Positions 24,766 through 36,500 of a stretch of 64,000 bases of DNA are shown here, in pieces. Every line of letters starts with the position of its first letter. Within the stretch, counting starts at the first letter, position 1. The position numbers and the translations under genes were made by a program. This stretch comes from Klebsormidium nitens (Eukaryota > Plantae > Klebsormidiophyceae). The notes beneath the pieces were generated by a model, which did not search any database, was not told where the DNA came from, and was given only the letters and a program-made list of their open reading frames with translations. The stretch is taken from positions 1 to 64,000 of the forward strand of contig DF237367.1 in assembly GCA_000708835.1 (NCBI GenBank), written 5' to 3'.

Positions 24766-26515
24766 CACAGTAAGCCAAAACCAAACGGCGAGAGGGTTAG
24801 AAAAGTGGGCATAGCTTGTTGAGTCTTCCCCCTAGCAAGACAATGATGTAATTTAGGTGACTGTATCTACGAACTGTGGTACTACAAGACGATGCCAAAG
24901 TCGGTGGGGCATGCCTCTTGCGACGTTTGAAATCTATTCTCACCCTCATCACCTATTCAACATGATCAAAGTCATCGGAACATTAGCAAGCTGTTGTTCG
25001 ACATGCTTCATAACGTTTGGATCTCATACAAACGCTTCTGAAAGCTTGCTCGTTGGTCCACTCATGCCGACTTCAAAACCATGATTACAATGAATAGACC
25101 ATTGGCTCTCGAATCAGAAAACTGCGTGCCATATTCTTATCCAGAAAGAAGAAGGCGGTCCATCATGTAGCGAGCGGTAAAGCACTTTTAGAACCGGAGA
25201 TCTCAGAAACTGGGCTCTGATCCGCATGAGCAGGGATACAAATCCAAACCTTAAATCTCGTTTATGGTGACGCATAGCATATTACGTCAGCATGCGATCA
25301 TACGCCAGTCTTGAATGGCAAGTGTACAACAAAACGCTGATTTCGAGGCTGAAGCTGACCATTACGAATCTGACACAAGGTTTGACCTGAATCAAAGGGA
25401 TTCGTGCAAGCACGATACGTATAAGTCGAACCGTTCCGATGAACTGAAGGGCTGCTGCCAGCGAACGATCAGAGGTTTGCGTTGTAGCCGCAGCTGACGC
25501 GGTGGCCTGATAATGCGGGCACCGTCGCAGCCGCCCAACCATACGGTAGTGATTCTTGCGTCCGACAACGGACGGCCGCGCCCCCGAAAGTCGCGGCCGC
25601 GGCCGCGCGCGTGCTGCCTCACCGTGACCGAGTCAACATCTCCTTCGCGCGCCGCGCATCAGCGGCTAGGATTAGAATCGGACAGCTATAGTCTGTAGCC
25701 CGTAAGAGCGTATCGAATGGCTGCAGGACTTACAGGTTGGCAGAAGACATGCTTCTTCCTGCCACGTGGAGCCCAACCAGAGGCCTTGCCTACTACGTGA
25801 CACGTTGGTAGCGCAGGTACGTATACACTGCAATAGGGGGTCGTACTAGCCATCTGAGCGCCAGCTAGCAGCTGTGTCTCCGCTTATGTTACGTAAGAAT
25901 ATTTGTGGCTTGTCAGCGGGGGTTTAATAAGTCTAGCTTCAATACAACAGTCCTATCCAGTAAAACTAAAGCCATTTGTTTTAAATAGACTGAATCACAT
26001 TTGTCCTAAAGCCCGGGTGCACCAACACGTATGCAAGTGAGTCTGCTTACGCTCAACAAAGTGCATGATCTTTGTCTAGCAGACGTGTCAGGCACATGTA
26101 AGGAAGAGCAAGCAAAAGAGTATGAAAGCGTGACGTTCAGGTTTCATAGAAGTGGCCCTATAAACAGCCATCGCAACGGCGGACAGTCCAGATCCTGGCA
26201 GATAGTTTACTTGTCAGAACTGCGTTACATATCCTCTACAGCCTCCTACAAGGTTTTGTAGGAGACTGATAGACCAGCTTGTTAAGAAAGATAGTCCAAT
26301 TAATAAGAATGCTATGCAATGTCTGAGTACTAAGGCCCACTCTTTCATTGGATTCGACCAATTCCTGTTTCAGAGTTTTAAGTTGGTGAACGGGTTCCTT
26401 CTGTCCCACCAAACCAAATGTTCCGTACTTCTTTTAAGTGCCTGGAAGGCGAAGGTCTCGACGGATCATTAAAGCTCTAGCAAATCTTGCAACGTTTGCT
26501 GAGCCTCTGTCTAGT

Positions 26516-29500
26516 TCAAAGGGTTTGATGAGCCCATTGCTGCGAATCCTCAGAGCTTTGGAAGCGACGGGCAACTACCCTAATAGTAACGGCACCCGTG
26601 CTGCCTAGAAGTCTTTCGGACCGTCTTGCGTCCGCCCAGGAGGTCTTCAGTGGATTTCCAGGGCCACAGCCGCTAAGCTTCCCTCCTGTTAGTAAACCAT
26701 TGAGCGCTGTCCGACCCACACTGCCACATGACTTCCAGATGCCTTCCGGCCAGATCTTCACAAAAAACTTCGTCTCAACATCGTCCACGGTGCTGGAGGA
26801 CCCGTGCAAACTATCGGAAGCAACTTCGCAGCACAAGAAAACACCCACGGTGCGCACCGAATCACCCTTCCTTGATAGCATGATGTACCATTTCTTCCCA
26901 AACCATAATGCCGACCGCGACGTCATCCTTGTTCTCTGATCGCCTAGAACAAAGTCGTTTATGATCTCGAGATGGACCTCACGCACGCCCTTTCTTTGCA
27001 CGAAGGCTTTCCGGACGACTTCTTTCTTCGCGTCCGAGTAGGCTCGGAACCGCAGAGCGGCGTTGATCAGCGCTTGAGTGGGCTTTGATTGCATCTCCGG
27101 AACCGCGAGCAGCCTCTCTAGATACTCCCCGCTCAAGCAAAAGAACCGAACTTGCGGCAACAGTTTAGAGACCACGTGTCTCCTTTCGCTTTCAGACTGG
27201 TAGCAACCTCTGATCCAGCTCAGCGCCTTCTCGAGAATCTCCTCTTCAGAGTCGGCCTCGAGCTCCTCGGACTGAAGCAGAATCTCCATCACATTGGGGT
27301 TCGACTCAAAAAACTCAAAAATCTCAGAATTCCACGTCATGCTGACGTCCTTGAACGCTTCGATGATGTGGGCACGTGCCTCGTCCGCTACTTTCTTGAT
27401 TCTTCCAATTTGGAAGAGCGTCTCCGGAAGCTGCTCTACGAGAACGGCGCTGTCTGGAATGCTCTTCTCGCGCTTGCTCAGGCACTTTAGAACGGCGCCC
27501 ATCAGAGAAGGGACCTCGAACTTGTCGCCCACGACGAGAAGCCGCACGACCTCGCGCACATCGGTGGCCGGGTCGTGCAACCGGGGTGAGAGGCTGCCGG
27601 CGTAGAGGAAGTGGAGCATCTCCTTGAACGCCTCCTTCTCTGCAGAGGCCAAGACGAGCTCTGAGTTGCTGTGAGAAGCAGTCATTTCTGACAATCAGAA
27701 AACCATACAACGAGACTTGAGGTAGAGTTGCAGTCGTCCTACGCACAGCAGGTGGAGTTTTTCTGCCGTATAGCGACGAGACTTCAGCTGGGAAGCATGT
27801 TACCGCGCTCGAATGTCAGCACCTTGACAGCCCATTCACCGAATTTTGGTGTGAGGCATTGATGCAAACGAGCGCACTTGCAGCCCCCTTTGTAAATGGC
27901 CTGAGGAAGTGGTGATCGGTCGAAGTCAGATTGATGATTTAGGTGAACTTTTGGTCTGTGAAAACTGTCTTACCAATTGATGCGCAGAAGAAAGCATTTC
28001 GCAAACAACGAGTGACCTTCCTAGAGGCTCCACTTCATCAACGACGAAGATTAGAGCCTCAAAACCAGAACTGATCAGCTTGCATTTTCAGCGATACGGT
28101 ATCGTTCAGAGAGGTCTGCTTCTCTGAATGGCCTAGCAGTTACTTTCTAGCAGTACGTCACGAAACGATGACGCATCATTGCAGTTATTGAAGAGTCCAA
28201 CTGTTGACGCCCCGAGCGAAGCCTTTCGACAACGACATCTGAAGAGTAGCCGGGCAACGATTCTAAGAGAATAACATTCATTCAGGGTGAACCAGTACTG
28301 GCCGGCAGGAAGGAATGTTTCCAATAGAAATAGCCGGGGTTCTGTTCAAAAAGGCAGTCGGCTTTTGCCATAGAATCGCCCGAAACACACAAAAGCATCA
28401 TACTCCTGTCGTAAGAGAAAACGAGCGCCGCACTTACCTTCCGCTGTGACTTTGATGCTCATTGGAGCGCCCTTGTCCGACTCTTGCATCCCTGCAAAAA
28501 TCATCTTCTGCAGAACCAGGCTCTTCGCAGCGAGGACGATTGAGCTCACGGGTATCTCTTCACACCCCGCCGCCTCGGGTCCTGAGATGAGAAAGCACGG
28601 GCTTACGCCATCAGTCTCATCTCGAAATCGCAGAGGGAGCGTCTCCACAGGTCGAAGCTTTCGCATACATGATGCTCTACAGGATGTTTGCACAGCATTG
28701 AGATCTCTGTTAGTAACGTGTTCACGGTTCCCCTCCGTTTTGTCTCGAGATTAAGTAGCAAGGAACGGTGAATTTATCGCGCAATGCTTTTCAGGCGCCT
28801 CATTTGACGGGTTAACGATCATATCAGCAGAACGGCTTTTCACACTCTCTTGTGTACTAGCTGCTGATACACAGCCTTTCCACCATCTGAAACGACAGCC
28901 CACGTGCTCGTTTTGCTTGTAAACGAAGAGGGGTTCCGCTTTTGACGCATGGAAATCGCTGACATTCAGAAGTTTCACGAAAAAGCTTTGTCTCTTTCCG
29001 GGAAAAGCTGCATAGTAAGTTGAAGATCACGATCACGAAGATGCATAATCTGGGCAGTAACCAAAAGTCGAGATTCCGGAGCCAGATCGGAACATTTCTC
29101 GCCCACGTCGATCTTTGATGAGGGGCGCGTCTCCTCAAAATACCCTTAGCATAATCAGGCTCTACGTCAGTGCTAGCGTGCCCGCGGAAAGAAGGCGGTT
29201 GACGTGTAGTTGTCGGGTCAGCATTCAACGTGAGCTAAAACGCACTTGCCACTTGATTCCAAGGGAATGCAGAAGGACGGCCCACCTTCCTTGCTCTCGT
29301 CCAGGATCTTCAAGCGAATGTTCCGATCGCAGACTTCACCCCTTCTGCACCGCAAAGGAAAGACCATAATGAAAGCTCGCTCTGTGCTCGCGCACGCAGT
29401 TTCGGTTTGATTGGCCCTACCACATGCAGATTTCGAGTGAACCCTAAACTTCTGTTCCCGATGCACCGAATTGCACCGACACCAAGCATTCCGAGATTCA

Positions 29501-29910
29501 AAGGAACAGCGGTTTCTGCTATCAGACGTTGAGGTAGCAGGAAAGAGTACGATGGCATTAGTTGACAATGTTGGAATTTCAGCAGCGCCCCCCTTCCTCC
29601 ATACCGTCTCTGTACCACGTAAAAATGTATCAGCCTTGGCAAGACGAGCAGCCCTTTTTTCCGAGACTCATAGTAGCGGGACCCGTGCCCCCCGTCAAGA
29701 AAGAGGCGAAACGTTGATTTTGGGGGATCATACAATAGATTTCCACTTTTTATTGGCTGAGTTGCCCCGCACCCCTACACGACTTTATCTTCAAATCTTT
29801 AATTCCTCGCCTGCTTCGACTCACTTGTAAAATCTTAGGAAGTCGTAGTAGTGGCCCTCCTCGTCCAGGCCGTCCTCGAGCGCTGACGCGCGCGCCTCAG
29901 GCCCCGCCAT
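26516..29910 (-). CDS. BTB-BACK-MATH-like (LRB/POB1-like) paralog C, short-insert type
   Basis: Exons 29910-29825 (MAGPEA..LDEEGHYYDFLRFYK), 29344-29286 (EVCDRNIRLKILDE), 28581-28438 (EIPVSSIVLAAKSLVLQKMIFAGMQES) and 27639-26516. Intact frame, phases 2,1,1. Confidence 0.9.
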
Positions 29911-30403
29911 CGCAGAAGCTTCTGGTCACCAAACAACTTTAGATGCGCTACGCTCTACGCAGCCGATCTGGAAAAACTTCTTCGCAGCAGCTGCTTTTTC
30001 TCAGACTCCTTGAAACGGCTGAATCCTGTCTTCTCCTAGAGTTTCCTTGACACGGTCATGGCATATGAACCAACTTTTTCAAACTTCACACTGAAGCTTG
30101 GTCACCCTCAACTAATCCTTATGTTTGCTAGGACCCAAAATCTTCGCTTTGAGACAACTGTGCATACAGCTGGCCTCCACGCCAAGCCATTCGGTCCTCT
30201 CCTTGATTCGCAAGTACCACGTCCTGCAGGGCAGGCCTGTTACAGTAAGCAAAATCTGATTCTTCAGCATCATAGGCTTCTGACGTCGCTGCTCTTGACG
30301 AACGAGCTGTCTCTCAATCCGAAGTTGTGTTACAACCATATTCACAGGGACTCACAGAATGCAGCTCCAACCAAACCCGTTCGTCGAGACTCGAGAGTGA
30401 GGT

Positions 30404-30715
30404 TTAGGAAACATTGAGGAGTTGACGCATGACCTCATACATCACCCCAAATCTCACTTGGATCGTCAAACAATCATGCATCATACAAGATGGTGCAAGT
30501 GGCAGAATTTGCTCGATCGGAGGCTTCCCATTCAGTATGTCCATCTGCCAGCAGCTCTCGACGCTGTTTGTCGAATTGTGGATCTGCCAGCGGTCTTTGC
30601 ACGAAGGGGTTCCTCGGAGCAAGTAGAGTTCGATATCAGATCCAAATCTCAATTTCAGTGCGCAGTTGCGGACAGTAGCTAGCGACACGCTACCTTTGCA
30701 GAAACTTTCTTTCAA
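30404..30715 (-). pseudogene. Possible degenerate MATH-like C-terminal fragment (relic of a sixth BTB-family copy?)
   Basis: ELYLLRG..DILNGKPPIEQI..MMHDCLTIQVRF loosely resembles paralog C-termini such as VAVYLNRG..DMFGKPWHLI..EVTLRVVAR. No BTB exon was found. Confidence 0.25.
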
Positions 30716-31152
30716 AGTTGGTGGTGTCCGATCTATCGTTGACTAAATGGGTGTGCAATCATCTACGCCAAACAAACATGACAAAGACTCTACAACCCTC
30801 GCTGCGTTCCTACTCAAGCTGCCTTCCAAACGGACAAGGCCTTCTTCAAAACCAAACAAAAACTCTTCAGACTCTTCTTCTACTACTTATCTGCGGACAC
30901 GCGGACGATGCCCGTGCCCCAGTTGGCTACCAGGCTGCGGAGCCGGTCCGGTATGTACTGGATTCGAACCACAGGTTCGACTTCTCGTCTGTGGTGCCCA
31001 TGAAGAAGTCCCCCCAGCGAGAGACCGGAAGCGGAAAGCCCTCGGCTAAAAACTCATAGCCGCTGAAACCGTCCTCGGCCGCGCGCGCGAGGATGACCTC
31101 ACCCGTGGGGCCGTTGCGGTCGTCAAAGCTGACGTAGGCCACGCTGGGAAAG

Positions 31153-31697
31153 GGGTTCAAGAAGGAAGAACGTACCTTGGCCCCCTTTTGAAACCAGCCC
31201 CAGCATCAATCCAATCCGCTCCTCCACGCGCGCCAGCTGGTCCTCCGTCCGCTTCGAAGCGCACGCCACCGCTTCCGCTTTCTCCGCCGCGGGGCTCGGC
31301 AGCCGCTCCTCGAGATCGTCTAAGCGTTCCCCGTTCGCGCCCCTGACAAGCGCGAGCTTCTGCGCGAGCGCGCGTTCGCTCGCTCGCATATCCCGCTCTA
31401 CTTTGCTGACTCTAGCGTCGCTGCCGGCGAGGCCCTGTTCCAGCTCTTGTCGCAGCCCTTCCACCTGCTTCGCGACGTCTCTCTGGCGGCTGACAAGGCC
31501 TCTCAGATTTTCCGTTTCGTTTCTGACGCTTGAAGCTTCTTCCTTGCACACTTTGACGCTCTCTTCCGACTCGTTCCGGACGTCCGCAACGCTCGCCTGC
31601 AGTGCGGACAATTCTCGCCGCAGGTTTTCCAGGTCCGCTTCGATTTTCTGTGTCCGCATTGCCAGAACGGGTTCGCTGCCGACCGCTTCTTCCGAGC
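31153..31697 (-). other. Inserted fragment of an unrelated coiled-coil gene (exon end plus its own 5' splice site)
   Basis: Open heptad-rich frame (KIEADLENLRRELSALQASVADVRNE..) ending AAG|GTACGT followed by pyrimidine-rich intron-like sequence. Removing it rejoins GAC TT + C TTT CCC AGC = DFFPS in the host frame. Confidence 0.75.
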
Positions 31698-32468
31698 AAG
31701 TCGGGGCCCGAGAGGGTGAAGCCAACCACGCCGGACCCCTTGCGGTTGATGGCGAACGCCGGGTAGATGACGTTGTTGCTGACGTACCAGAAGGGGAGAC
31801 ACGTCAGCAGACGCTTGGAACGTAAGGCCTAAGCGTAAGCTTGATCTGACTACGTCGACGCGACAAAGTTATCATTTATGACTTCTTTACAGCATGAATC
31901 AATTCAGCTGCCTGGTATTGGTCAAGGCCATCCCCTGCTGAGGCATGGGTACTGATGCGGAGCTCTGAAGACACTGACGTCGAGAGAAATTTTAGGAGGT
32001 CCGTATTAATGATGGGAGAAGCGAGTCATCGAAGGACCTGGCCATGGAGATGCTTCACCGTTAACTTCACGTACTCGCACGCGCAGATCTTTCTGATCAC
32101 AGCAAAGATTCGACCGTCCGTTTGAATCAAGTCCAATTGAGCAGGTTTTTCTGGCCACAAAAAGTCCGGACTTCCAAGCTATGCCAAGGTTACTTGAAAA
32201 CGTATCCACGTGCCTTATCTAGTGGACGTCATTTGACAAAAGCGGCGCTGACATTGAGGACACCGAAACGGAATGCTCAGCGACTCGCCTGTTTTCAACC
32301 GCGATCACGCCGGCCTTGAAAACTGGTCCCGTAACCTCTGCCGGGCGGCCGTTTTCCCCGGGGGTGACGCTGGGCTTGATGAGGAAGAAGGCGATGCCCA
32401 CGGTGGGCGGCCGGTTGGAATCCCCGGGGACTATGTCGTTGAGCCCGACGAAGAGGTTTCCGTGCGCG

Positions 32469-32568
32469 AAGACCTAAATACAATGGAGACCCGGTTAAAG
32501 ACCTACATTTGAATGGAGACCCGATGTAAGACCTCCTTTGAACGGAGACCACCCAGTTTAAGACCACC
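32469..32568. repeat. Degenerate tandem repeat, about 30 bp x 3.5, with alternating AAGACC/GAGACC cores, overlapping a 3' splice site
   Basis: AAGACC at 32469, 32498, 32528 and 32560, each pair separated by GGAGACC. Confidence 0.75.
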
Positions 32569-33553
32569 CGTCCAGGAAGGGGGGATCGATTTCAGAGCCG
32601 GTCTGAAATTTGCAAGTCATGAACTCAGACCGGATTCTTTCAGACAGTATCGAATCAGGGTCAATCTTATCAGAGCGCATATGCTCATCAATTTTCCAGT
32701 TGAACGGGTCCCAAAGTCATCCAAGACCAATCATAAATCTGGATCCTGCTTTCTGGTACGTACCGGTTCTCTTACGGAGTCGTCGTTGCTGGACAGCAGC
32801 TCGAGGGGCGCCGTGGTGTTGAGCACCCGGAGTCCGCTCTTCTGAGTCACCGGGAGGCCGCCGAAGGGGCTCAGGCCGATCTCACAGTTGTTGTACTCGA
32901 TCTGCGCGACCGGGAAAGGCGTCGGGGCACGGTAAAAAAGAGGCCCAGGAGATAGACGGCGCTCGGCGAGAGGAGGATTGCCAAATTCGCCGGGGAGTCA
33001 AAGCAGGAGAGTTAGATATTGGTTTGCCCGACGTTATATAAAGGATGGTTCTCCGACAGATCCGGAAATGATTCTGTCCAAAGTTGCATCCAACTTGGAA
33101 TCTCAAGGGGCACCAATCATAGCAGAAAATGACTTGAATCTTTCTACCGTCACAAGGTATGAGCGTGCGCAGCTTTCTCTCTACCTAGATCAGGTTCTTC
33201 AAAAAGCCTTCAGATCGAGCTCAAGAGAAGTCCCTCGTATGTAGCGCTCTTACCAAGGAGTCAACAAGGGTCTGGACGAGTTCCAGTTTGCGGACGTCCG
33301 GGTTTCTCTCCCGCAGCGCGCGCGTGTTGACGAGCGCGAAGAGTGCCAGCTGGCGGACGGGAACGCCGCTGCAGGTGAAATCCGTATCGCTGACGAAATA
33401 AACGACGCCTCCGGCCTCGGTTGGGAACTGCTCGTCGGGGGACACACGTGCCACGTTGATGAAACTCACGTTCCCCTGCAATGATAACCAGATTTTAGCA
33501 TAGAGGACTTTGCGACCGGTACATTTCTTCCGACCTTTTTATTACCTTTAAAA

Positions 33554-33593
33554 CCGGGGGGGCTGCCGCCCCCACGAGCCCCCCCGCTTCCTC
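33554..33593. repeat. GC-rich dispersed repeat (GGGGGGGCTGCCGCCCCCACGAGCCCCCCCGCT), second copy truncated at the window start
   Basis: 33568-33593 matches 1-26 with 2 mismatches. Confidence 0.6.
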
Positions 33594-36500
33594 TTTGGGC
33601 CTTTGTTTCATCACATGTGAGGGATCGATAACACAAAGTTGAAGTCAAGAGAGATGATAGTAAGCCGAGATAACAATAAGGTAACCGCACTGGGACGGGG
33701 AGCGTTAGTTTGGTGGTTAGGGTGGGTACGGGTATCTTTTCGGGTTAGCGTTTGTATTTGTTAGCCGGAGCTGAATGTGATCTTGGTTTATTATTATGTC
33801 TCTTGAGATTAATCTGCACGTCAATAGGCGCACGAGAGGGGCTGGTGTCGAAGTAAGTGGGCGCGCCATTGATTACTGCACAACAGGTTTTGGCCCTTAA
33901 CCATGGATGTTATGGTGGGCTTCATTTTGGCTAAAGGTGGTTATGCGTACAGTAACCAGACGTGGTCGGTAACCAAACTTGAAACAAGGTGCAAGCCCGG
34001 TTATAACGATAACCGGAGACTCAAGTCTCCTTACCAAACCTGGTTAGTAGCGAGAACTTCCTGTGCTGAGTCACATTCCTTGCAGGCTTCTGACGTTGGA
34101 AAGGCAAGCGCGCTTGATATGTTCCGTGCCTTCCGACGTGATACGTTTTGGGAAGCTCAGAAAATGCATACGACCTGCGCGTTCTGACAGCACACGGCAG
34201 CAGCCGCATGGGCGGGTAAAGCATTGAGAATCCTGTTTTGGATGCAACCCCGTTTCGAAAGTGCAGCATGCAAAGTTTGACCGTGAAAGATCAAAGATCT
34301 TCCTGAAATGGATGCGCAAGTTCTCTTGAAAGTAGAGGCGGTATAAACTTGTCCTTGGCGGAATATGCCGATCTTAGTTTTTCTTACGCCATGTTTGAGT
34401 CCCGTTTGAGTAAGCGGCACGTTCCCGGCAAATTCGATTTACAAAGACTGGTTAGAGTTTCTTTCAAATGCTCATGTCGTATTAACCAGTCTGGCTCGGA
34501 CCACGCAAGGAACTAAACGGCTTCGAGTCGAGATCGACGAAGGAAAGAACAAAGAAGATAAGAGTGAAGATGAAAGAAGCTGATTAGACGTAGCTGAGGT
34601 TGATCGACAGCACAGACGGCATACCTCGACGCGCGTCGCCGTGCTGTTGACGTATGCCGCAGTCGGGACGGACGCGTCCCCAGCCGCCAGCGCAAACTTC
34701 GACATAGCGTATACGTCCTGAGATACGAGCTCCCCCGTGAAGAGCGTGAAAACCAGTCCGTTTACAATCAAGGCGTCCGCACTGACGGCGAGCTTGGGCT
34801 CGTCCTGCGATCACGAGGCGCCACGTGTGAGCAGACCGGCAGTGAAAAAATAAAAGCGGCTTCCGACCGTCCGATTCAAACCAAAGAGAAAGGGGCGGAT
34901 TCTGGCCGTCGTTTGTGTGGTCCGGACAACTCCGGGCCCGCTGTCCGCTGAATTGATTGCCCAAGACTGTTTGGCGAATACATGCGAGCGGTATGCCCGT
35001 TTTGAAGCAGGCCGTTTCACTTTTGAATCCTATTGAATCTGATCCTCCTTTCATCACGTCGCTCGAACTGAATGTGCCGTACACAGACTGCTCCGTACAA
35101 CGATGCTTCTCTCTGTTTCACTTGCGCTTCGGCTTCGAAAAGTGACGTAAGCGACGGTGTTTCCGGTGCTAAAGGTGACGTCCGCGACTTACCAGGGAGC
35201 AGGGGCAGGTGGGCGCGAGATTGGGCGTCCCTTCGGTGCCGTCATTCGTGGTTGGCAGCCGGTAAAGCGCGTAGTGCGCGCGCGGGTCGCCGCTCGCGGT
35301 GACAGCAAATAGGGTGGCGCTCGGGGCGATGAAATCCCCGGTCGTTTCGTTCCGGTTGATGAACACCGCCGACAGGAAGAAGCGCCCGGTGTCCCGGTCG
35401 AAAACGCAGCGCGGGTCGGTCATATACGCGCCGAACGTGGTCGGGCTGGGGAAGTACGGGGCCACCTGCGAAGGGCGTTGGGTTTGGAAACCAAGTTTTC
35501 AAACCCAGTTTTCAGATCGAATTCAAGTTGTCAAGTCGGTTTTGGGTTATCAAACGAACCAAATCTTCAGATTGACTCGAGTGATTTGAAAGCGCGCTTT
35601 GCTCCGCGCAGATAAATTATTGTGCTTAAAGGGACTGGTAAGCAGACACGGTTTCAGTGGTCCATGAAAGTCGATGAATAAATATTCGTGCCTCCTGCCA
35701 AGACCAAACTACGTAGCCAGTCAGAGGGCGTGAGAATACTCACTTCGGCCTGATCTTTCAATAATCAGAAAGACATCCAAACCACTCTAAAACACCGATC
35801 GACCCAGAATTCGAGAGAATCTTCAGTCCAGGGATTTGCTTACCTGCCAGAGCTGGTTGATCGCCACCGGAACGGTCAGCTGGATGCCGGAAGCGGAATC
35901 GAAGACGACGAGCGCGTTGTTAACGATCTGGACCACAAATCCGTTGCCCGCGCACAGCCCTCCATCGGACGGCTCCACGTTGGGGTTGGTGTTCGTATAG
36001 TTGCCCGTCCCAGCCGTCCGTGAATCCAGGTTGTCGATTCCGTCAAACGTCAGCACGCGCGCGCGCGGGGGCGTCTCGAGCGCGACCTTGAAGAATTCGG
36101 TGCCGGGCGCGCGGCGCGAAAGCGAGGGACCCTGCTTTGGAGAAAATAATAAGAGATTTTTTAAAGTCCAGTACGGACAGTGCCGCTCTGTTGATGACTG
36201 AAAAACCCCCTAGGCCTTCGGCATGCGCAGTTGAAAGGAATGAAAAGAAGCGTACGTTGGAAGTTTTTTGCGCAAATTGGAGCAAATGTTCGCTAGATTT
36301 TTAGTGGCCGATAAGAGTAAACTTAACATGCTTGCAAGAGTCGGATAAGTGACTCCGCAATCCTGCATTCCGGATACGAACCTGCGTTCCGCTCACCGTG
36401 CTAGAGCTAGCGGAGACGGCCGGAGACGGAGCCAACGGATCCTGGGGGTTTGCGGCGGCCGCGGCTCCCTTCGCGCGCGCGCGTCCGGCTCCCGAGGACA

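Noticed and set aside
25490-25680. GCGGCCGC clusters at 20250, 21597 and 25600 as transposon terminal repeats
   Set aside because: Similarity does not extend beyond the GC-rich core, and no TSD or paired orientation could be established.
31153-31697. The 545-bp insert as an ordinary intron or transposon
   Set aside because: It begins GCTCGG and ends AACCC, with no AG, TIR, TSD, poly(A) or transposase similarity.
32469-32568. The 30-bp array as a CRISPR
   Set aside because: Eukaryotic intron; degenerate head-to-tail units with no unique spacers and no cas genes.
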